Origin: a virus
Taxonomy: Duplodnaviria; Caudoviricetes
Reading direction: 5' to 3' (one strand)
Length of the DNA: 41,095 nucleotides
Virus record (IMG/VR): IMGVR_UViG_3300048630_000450
Coordinates: 1-41,095 of that record
Positions 35,415 to 41,095 of this stretch are shown here, one piece after another (positions within the stretch are counted from its first letter, which is position 1; each line of letters starts with the position of its first letter). The translations under genes were made by a program, and so were the position numbers. The notes below the pieces were generated by a model. That model saw only the letters and a program-made list of their open reading frames with translations, was not told the origin of the DNA and did no database searches.

Positions 35415-35882
35415 ATGTCAGAACTCGACGATTCCATCGACGAACCCACGGATCTTGAGGATCCCGAACCCACTCGGGAAGACCTCGTCAACTTCATCTC
35501 AGAGTTCATGACCACGTCCATGAACGTCAACCAGGTCTACCGGTCCAACCTCGTGGAAACGATCGTCGGCCGGGTAACGCACGAGTTCGGCGAGGAGGGC
35601 TTGTGCGACCTCATGCTCAAGATCGACGAATCCGCAAATTGGATTAGCGACATCGTGCTTGACGGGCCGGACCTAGACGAAATGATGTTCAAACGTCACG
35701 GTTCGTTCGACGCCGACCTGGTGACCAAGGCCCGGGCGACCGAAGGGCTCATCGAATTGAACAGGAAAATTTGGCGACTCCGCAAGAAATACTCCCGGAT
35801 CATCGTGGACGAGATCTTCACCAATGAAAACGAGACACCAGCACCCCAGCCGGCAGAATCAGATCCTGACGGAATCTATTGA
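35415..35882 (+). CDS. Acidic hypothetical protein (155 aa)
   Basis: GGAG RBS before ATG 35415. Confidence 0.7.
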   Translation: MSELDDSIDEPTDLEDPEPTREDLVNFISEFMTTSMNVNQVYRSNLVETIVGRVTHEFGEEGLCDLMLKIDESANWISDIVLDGPDLDEMMFKRHGSFDADLVTKARATEGLIELNRKIWRLRKKYSRIIVDEIFTNENETPAPQPAESDPDGIY

Positions 35883-36139
35883 AAATCGCCGGAATGAAAA
35901 GCCGGTTCTGGGAGAAGATGGTGTACTACTCCCCTCCCTTTAGTGGCAGCGAGGTTGAGGCCAGGCGCAACGTCGCCAGTCACACCTGGCGAACCGTTCA
36001 CCTCCATCAGCGGTATTCGGAAGCATCCGAGAACTGGGACCCGGTCGACGAATGTCACGAGTGTGGCGTTCTGAGCAAATCAGAACGGTCCCGCTATGCC
36101 TGCGGAGAAGCACCGCCGGCAGAAAAGTTCACTGAATAG
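35879..36139 (+). CDS. Hypothetical protein with H..CxxC..C motif
   Basis: Overlaps the upstream stop; exact start uncertain. Confidence 0.5.
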   Translation: MKIAGMKSRFWEKMVYYSPPFSGSEVEARRNVASHTWRTVHLHQRYSEASENWDPVDECHECGVLSKSERSRYACGEAPPAEKFTE

Positions 36140-36779
36140 ACGCCGGCGGCTCGAACTCCTGAACGCTGATCCCGTTAGAGAACAGGTGCCCAACGACCTG
36201 CTCCTGTTCCTCCTCATCCATGCGCTCGCAATTTTCCCGCAAACCCGACATCACCATGTTGAGAATGGGAGCGTCTTTAAACACCGTGCCGATCCCCTGG
36301 GAAAAAGCAGCCTGATCACCCCACACCACATGCTTCCCCAACAGAGTGTTGTACGGCGTGGACATCAGCATGACTTCAGGCTCGCCGTAACGATTCGTTG
36401 AAACATGACTCGACGTGATGCATTCAGAAACCTTTGCGTCATTCGCCACGAACGCTTCCGTCAACTCCTTGCCCTTGAGTTCCCAGGGCGCTTTCGACAT
36501 GAACCCCTCGGCAATAAACGTGATTGAATCAACCCAATAAACTGATCTCAGCACATCACATACCATCCCCACTTTGGGAATTCGCTTAACCACCGGCTGC
36601 TTCATGTCGGAACGACCAAAGACCATCAGCACCGACAGTTGGTCGCCTCTCCACCCCATGAACATGAAAGGAAGATCCTCGCCAATCCCGAATTCCTCAA
36701 CGGCGTTCTGTTTCGCCAGTTGAGTGCTGGTTATGGCTAACGCCAATTTTGCATACACATCGGGGTAAGAGTCCTCCAC
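36129..36779 (-). CDS. Hypothetical protein (216 aa)
   Basis: Long ORF with protein-like composition. Confidence 0.75.
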   Translation of the reverse strand: MEDSYPDVYAKLALAITSTQLAKQNAVEEFGIGEDLPFMFMGWRGDQLSVLMVFGRSDMKQPVVKRIPKVGMVCDVLRSVYWVDSITFIAEGFMSKAPWELKGKELTEAFVANDAKVSECITSSHVSTNRYGEPEVMLMSTPYNTLLGKHVVWGDQAAFSQGIGTVFKDAPILNMVMSGLRENCERMDEEEQEQVVGHLFSNGISVQEFEPPASIQ

Positions 36780-36838
36780 GGATTCCCAGATTAGTGCAAG
36801 TAACCCTCAGCGGAGAGCAGCCCGACTAACATAGAGAC

Positions 36839-37285
36839 ATGGCACAAAAAAAACCAGCCGCAAAAAAGGCGGCCACAAAAAAGCCTTCCGCCAAGCGCGC
36901 CCGAAATAAAGACGGAACGTACAAAGGCGACGACAAGTCAACCCCAGACGTAAACGAAGCCTACGAGTCTCCGAAGCCGGGCACGAAAGCGACCACCAAG
37001 CCTCGCAACCCTGCAGCCAAGCAGCGAGAAGCCAGCAAAAAGCCTGCAGCCAAAAAGGCGGTAGCGAAAAAGCCGGCAGCCAAAAAGCACACCTACGCTC
37101 CGAAGGTGAAAAAACCAGCCGGCCCGGTCAAAGAAATGCTAGACGCCACACAACCCGCAACGTTTTCTGGCAAGCCAACAGTTGAGCCATACAAGCCAAC
37201 GGTTGAAGAGATGTGGCGGTCAACCCCCACAGCAACCAAGAAGTCACGAGTGAAAAAAATGTGGAGTTGGCTCGTCGGAGAATAA
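36839..37285 (+). CDS. Histone H1-like Lys/Ala/Pro-rich protein
   Basis: Repeated KKPAAKK, plus the phage motif RARNKDGTYKGDDKSTPDVNEAY. Confidence 0.8.
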   Translation: MAQKKPAAKKAATKKPSAKRARNKDGTYKGDDKSTPDVNEAYESPKPGTKATTKPRNPAAKQREASKKPAAKKAVAKKPAAKKHTYAPKVKKPAGPVKEMLDATQPATFSGKPTVEPYKPTVEEMWRSTPTATKKSRVKKMWSWLVGE

Positions 37286-37461
37286 TGGGTCGCGAAAGCC
37301 TTAAAGACATCATCGCCCGAGCAGCACAAATACTCGGCGTCGAAGCCAACACGCTCACCGAAACCGAAGCACGCGAAGCCCTACGCGACAACGTCATGCG
37401 CACCGAAAACAGGCGCATGCACAAAGCCCGGAACGACATAACAAAAAAACGGACTTCTTAA
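37285..37461 (+). CDS. Hypothetical protein (58 aa)
   Basis: TAATG coupling and GGAG RBS. Confidence 0.6.
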   Translation: MGRESLKDIIARAAQILGVEANTLTETEAREALRDNVMRTENRRMHKARNDITKKRTS

Positions 37462-37527
37462 CCTATACTAGACGCAACCCTCCAGTTTAAATAAACGGGC
37501 ACCCCTCCAGCCGTCAAGGAAAAACCC

Positions 37528-37830
37528 ATGGCCACCACTGCCTCCCTACTAGAAACATACCTCGTCGACCTCACCCACGCCACCGAAGAAGAAGGCGACG
37601 ACCACACCACCCAAACCACCACCATCATCGCCACCTGCATAGAAATCCTCCTCATCTCCGACGACTACGTCGAATACGCATTCCCAATCGACGGCGACGA
37701 ACTCACCAAAATGACCGGCACCCGCTCCCAAAAACTCCTTCAACGAAAACTCCGAATCCACACGCTCCTATGGCTAGGCATCTGCATCATCACCGCCATA
37801 TGGGCACTCACCATAGGACTCTCACTATGA
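37528..37830 (+). CDS. Hypothetical protein with C-terminal TM helix
   Basis: AAGGA RBS; hydrophobic C-terminus. Confidence 0.6.
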   Translation: MATTASLLETYLVDLTHATEEEGDDHTTQTTTIIATCIEILLISDDYVEYAFPIDGDELTKMTGTRSQKLLQRKLRIHTLLWLGICIITAIWALTIGLSL

Positions 37831-37870
37831 ACGCAACCACCACAAACCCACCACAAAGCAACCAAAAAAC

Positions 37871-38023
37871 ATGACAATAATCCCACTCAAAAACCTCTTC
37901 TTCGGCGCCATCTTCGCCATCAGCGCCACCATCACCGGCGGACAAATAGGCGAATGGTGGGCCATAGCCCTCCTACTCCCAGCCGGAGCCATCCTCGGAT
38001 GGAAAATAGGAGACCACATATGA
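37871..38023 (+). CDS. Small two-TM membrane protein (50 aa)
   Basis: MTIIPLKNLFFGAIFAISATITGGQIGEWWAIALLLPAGAILGWKIGDHI; below the ORF track cutoff. Confidence 0.55.
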   Translation: MTIIPLKNLFFGAIFAISATITGGQIGEWWAIALLLPAGAILGWKIGDHI

Positions 38024-38325
38024 GATTAAACAAACCAGAAAACGGTGAAACGAATTCACCACTCATGCGCCGCCAGGGCAGCAGGGTCGTGCCCGAAAGC
38101 CCCGGAAGCGAGATTCCAGCCCGAACCACAACCCCCCCCTCCAATTCTTCTCCTCCCCACGCTCCCCATGCCGCCTCCTTCGAAGCCAACATCGAAGCCA
38201 TCGTTCAAGCCATCGCTCAAGCCAACGCCACTAGGCCTGCCCCTCTCACATCCCCTCAGCCCAACACACAGCCATCCTCAGGCCCTTCACACACAAACAC
38301 CACTCACACACCCACACATACACAC

Positions 38326-38724
38326 ATGAAGCGCCTGACCTATCTGTGGAAGTATGGCGTTGCCTTTGTTCGTGGCGACAATCCTCCCATTCGTCCTGCC
38401 CATCTGAACATGCCGTCGCTTCCCTTCAAGGCGTGCCGTTGGTTGTGGCGCAAGGTCGGCCTGATGGGTCTATGCGTATGCGTATGCGTGATGGGTATGA
38501 GTGCGCTGTTGGGTGTCAGCGTTGCGCTCGCTGACAACTACTCGTGTGTTGGTGGTGAGCACACAGTGTGGGCTACCGGCGACTCGGTGTGGGGCGTGGT
38601 GAGCAGGCAGTGCAGTGGTGACAGGCAGCACGCCTACGATGACGTGGTCACATTGAACTCACACGTCGAGGCGTGGGCGTTGGTGCAAGGCGAGGTCATA
38701 GTCCTACCCCACAGTGGGGGATAG
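38326..38724 (+). CDS. Membrane-anchored LysM-like protein
   Basis: TM segment, then HTVWATGDSVWGV..VVTLN..LVQGEVIVLP. The start could be further upstream (38020). Confidence 0.65.
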   Translation: MKRLTYLWKYGVAFVRGDNPPIRPAHLNMPSLPFKACRWLWRKVGLMGLCVCVCVMGMSALLGVSVALADNYSCVGGEHTVWATGDSVWGVVSRQCSGDRQHAYDDVVTLNSHVEAWALVQGEVIVLPHSGG

Positions 38725-38741
38725 GGGTAGGGGGTAGGGAC

Positions 38742-38933
38742 CTAGAGGTCCATGTCCTCCACGGGTAACCACTTACCTAGAGGGCAGGCCATTGAGGGGA
38801 TCCGTACCTTGATCGGCATGATGCACTTGCACACCCGGCACTGCTTGGCCCACCGCCTGAACTCCTCGCACTCAAGGCAGATGGCGTACCTCTCGGCTGG
38901 CCTCACCCGTCGTACCTCACTAGCCTGACCCAC
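38742..38933 (-). CDS. Cys-rich small protein (DUF6171-like)
   Basis: RYAICLEC..QCRVCKC..K..CPLGKW. Confidence 0.7.
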   Translation of the reverse strand: MGQASEVRRVRPAERYAICLECEEFRRWAKQCRVCKCIMPIKVRIPSMACPLGKWLPVEDMDL

Positions 38934-39193
38934 TGCTTGATCGCAGGCCCCAGCACAGGGTCACCCTCAGCGTTGACGACGTACTGCTTGAGTGCCACCA
39001 CCAGGTCAGTGGTCAACTGGTACCGCTCGTCGTACTCGGCCTTCATGTCCTTGACCTCTGCCTGCAAGAGCATGATGGTTTCGGCGGCGTCACGGGTGGC
39101 ATGGTGTACCTCCTGTGCACCCTGCTCCTGTGCCGTGTGCGCTAGGTGGTATAGGCGTGAGAGTGTGTCCTCGACAACATCATCTTCGAGCAT
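38903..39193 (-). CDS. Coiled-coil hypothetical protein
   Basis: AGGAG RBS. Confidence 0.65.
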   Translation of the reverse strand: MLEDDVVEDTLSRLYHLAHTAQEQGAQEVHHATRDAAETIMLLQAEVKDMKAEYDERYQLTTDLVVALKQYVVNAEGDPVLGPAIKQWVRLVRYDG

Positions 39194-39202
39194 CGCTCTC
39201 TC

Positions 39203-39721
39203 CTAGTACTCTCCCCCTACTGGTGTGAGGTGTATAGGAGAGACTAGTCGAGTGGTCTCGCTGTCATAGGAGGAGGGCTCGCCCTTGTCCCACGCCTCAT
39301 CCATGTCGATCCACCCCAGCACATCCACCTCCCTGAACTCAGGGGGTATGGCACAGGCAACGAACAACACTAGCCCCATGCCCACCTGGTGCTTGCGTAC
39401 AGCAGCGCTCTTGGATGTACGCACCCGACGCACCTCGATGTTGCGCCCCACGTCAGGCATGTCCCTGAACTTGTGATGCTCAGTCGCATGCCATATGTGC
39501 GCATGCCAGTAGCGGTTGGTGACCTTGGCCACAGCCAGTTCACATACGGCTGCTGCTACCTGAGCGGTGCGGTCATCCTCCATCCGCCCGGCGTCATACC
39601 ACGAGGCGTCTTGCTTACCCCAGTTGGCCGTGTATCGGCGTGCCCCTACTAGGGAGGCATGCTCGTACTCCCATGTCTCAAGGCTGACTAGCAACCCCTG
39701 CCCCTTTCTGGTGTCTAGCAA
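39203..39721 (-). CDS. Hypothetical protein, possible PD-(D/E)xK-like fold
   Basis: CELAVAK..PDVGRNIEVR pattern; two alternative TTG starts. Confidence 0.6.
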   Translation of the reverse strand: MLDTRKGQGLLVSLETWEYEHASLVGARRYTANWGKQDASWYDAGRMEDDRTAQVAAAVCELAVAKVTNRYWHAHIWHATEHHKFRDMPDVGRNIEVRRVRTSKSAAVRKHQVGMGLVLFVACAIPPEFREVDVLGWIDMDEAWDKGEPSSYDSETTRLVSPIHLTPVGGEY

Positions 39722-39732
39722 CCCCTGCCCCT
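39688..39732. repeat. 18-nt perfect direct repeat, period 27 nt
   Basis: ctagcaacccctgcccct at 39688-39705 and 39715-39732. Confidence 0.9.
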
Positions 39733-40288
39733 ATCCGCTCAGACGCACGTCGCACTTGGTGCAGAACTCAGCCCACGGGTAGGACTGTCGATACTCCATG
39801 GGGTGTGAGCAGTCGAGGATGTCAGTGACCTTGAGATTCATGGTGTCTCTGATGAGGGCAGACAGGGATACGTCGGCCCTCTCGGCAGCACGCTTCCACC
39901 GTTCCCTGTCGCTCTCGGTGGTCCGTATGAGGATCTGCTTGTCAGCAGGCCCATCGTCGTCACTCACCCTGGTGGACACCGTGAGGTCCATGTCCTCAGC
40001 CAGGTCGTGCATGGCAGCCTCGATGTTGTCCTGCCCGGGGGCAAACGTCGCCTCCCCCCCTACTGCCTCAACAGCCTCATCGATTGCAGGCCCCACGGGT
40101 ATACCAGGTACCTCATCTGGCTCGTTCCAGTTAGCGGCATCAGGATGCAGTTTGTTCGCCGGCGATCGCACGGGTGGTGCTGTCGCGAACGGCATAGGGG
40201 GTAGGGGTACCGAAAAGGAAACCTCTATCGAATCGTCGCCCGTCACCGTCGGATCACCACCCGGGATACTCATGGGTTCAGTCGCCAT
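39731..40288 (-). CDS. Ribbon-helix-helix-like DNA-binding protein with C-terminal Zn motif
   Basis: KQILIRTTESDRERWKRAAERADVSLSALIR; CSH..CTKC. Confidence 0.65.
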   Translation of the reverse strand: MATEPMSIPGGDPTVTGDDSIEVSFSVPLPPMPFATAPPVRSPANKLHPDAANWNEPDEVPGIPVGPAIDEAVEAVGGEATFAPGQDNIEAAMHDLAEDMDLTVSTRVSDDDGPADKQILIRTTESDRERWKRAAERADVSLSALIRDTMNLKVTDILDCSHPMEYRQSYPWAEFCTKCDVRLSG

Positions 40289-40928
40289 CATCTACCTCAT
40301 CTTCCACTATCTCCGCATCAACGATCTCTGTTGTTCTCAGCAGGTCCTGAGATGCCATTTTTCCCAATGCGCCTTCAATCTCTGTCGGTGAGACGACGCC
40401 CGATTTCACCATGAGGGCCAGCAGTTGCTTGGCCTCCTGCTCGGGTGAATGAGCGGTGGCGCTAGGGAGAGCCTGCGCCCCTGCCATAGCGAGCCGGATC
40501 GAGTCGGTGGCGGCGTCAAGCCCAACCGACACATTCACCTGTTTCTGCTGGACTTCCATACCGAGCAGTCTAGACCGACGATCCATTACGGAGAGAACCT
40601 GCTGGATTGCCTTCATATCCGGCTCCACGGAGACCTCCGTACCGTCATCCAGCGTGAGACGCCGATGTTGGGTCATCGGCCAAATCGCCGCCTGCAAAGC
40701 GTCTAAACGCTCCAACTCCATACGAAGCACCTCCGGGTACGCCAAAAGTGCCTCAGAATTCAACTTTTCGAGTTGGCGGTTCACGGATCGGCCCACGACA
40801 GCAACACTGACACCGAATCTACGGGCGATCTCCTGACTGGCTATGCCGGCCTGCTTCATCTTGAAGATGCGAACATCACGTTCGGCTAAAAACTCACGGG
40901 TGAGTGTGGCCTTAGTTGCTTCTGCCAT
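40278..40928 (-). CDS. HTH protein, terminase small subunit-like
   Basis: N-terminal HTH (SQEIARRFGVS), then ELERLDAL..W and AIQQVLSVMDRRSRLLG. Confidence 0.65.
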   Translation of the reverse strand: MAEATKATLTREFLAERDVRIFKMKQAGIASQEIARRFGVSVAVVGRSVNRQLEKLNSEALLAYPEVLRMELERLDALQAAIWPMTQHRRLTLDDGTEVSVEPDMKAIQQVLSVMDRRSRLLGMEVQQKQVNVSVGLDAATDSIRLAMAGAQALPSATAHSPEQEAKQLLALMVKSGVVSPTEIEGALGKMASQDLLRTTEIVDAEIVEDEVDDGD

Positions 40929-41095
40929 TAGTGCGTCATCCAGTCAATCACTTCGAATGGAAACTTAATTCCACGTTTCATGGTAGCCGGCCAATGTCTT
41001 TCGTCACGGGCACCTCTGAAATGGGCTATGCGATATACATATTCTCCCACATGGGTCGGATCGGGCGTCATCGAGATTCCGAACTCGGGCCATCG
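40928..41095 (-). CDS. C-terminus of a probable RecA-family (AAA_25-like) helicase, partial
   Basis: RWPEFGISMTPD..HFRGARDERHWP..RG..PF; runs off the window edge; TAATG coupling to the next gene. Confidence 0.5.
   Translation of the reverse strand, partial: RWPEFGISMTPDPTHVGEYVYRIAHFRGARDERHWPATMKRGIKFPFEVIDWMTH

Noticed and set aside
1-41095. tRNA/rRNA genes, integrase, portal, prohead protease, tail genes
   Set aside because: None were recognised by eye in this window. They may lie outside it, and a tRNAscan/HMM run is needed to be sure.

Overview
This is a ~41 kb segment of a dsDNA tailed phage, probably infecting Actinobacteria (inferred from SSB type, small terminase-like HTH and actinophage-type motifs). 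The left 23 kb is a co-oriented run of giant 'polyvalent' proteins lying directly upstream of an HK97-fold major capsid gene. They share an N-terminal ~45-aa motif, are divided into modules by about 23 copies of a G-[LFY]-x-S-x-R linker, and carry metallopeptidase, ART-like, zeta-toxin-like kinase, Cys-protease-like and sigma-region-4-like HTH modules. One of them is interrupted by a single in-frame TAG. The right half holds a thermonuclease, a PL14-like protein, class II RNR, DUF932, SSB, an SLT, a LysM protein, a histone-like protein and a TerS-like protein. The strongest non-coding signal is a 5-unit dual-spacer hairpin array (31354-31603) downstream of a Nop/IS110-like gene with no nuclease domain, i.e. 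a TIGR-TasA-like RNA-guided system with variant box motifs. All domain calls come from reading motifs by eye; no database search was run.
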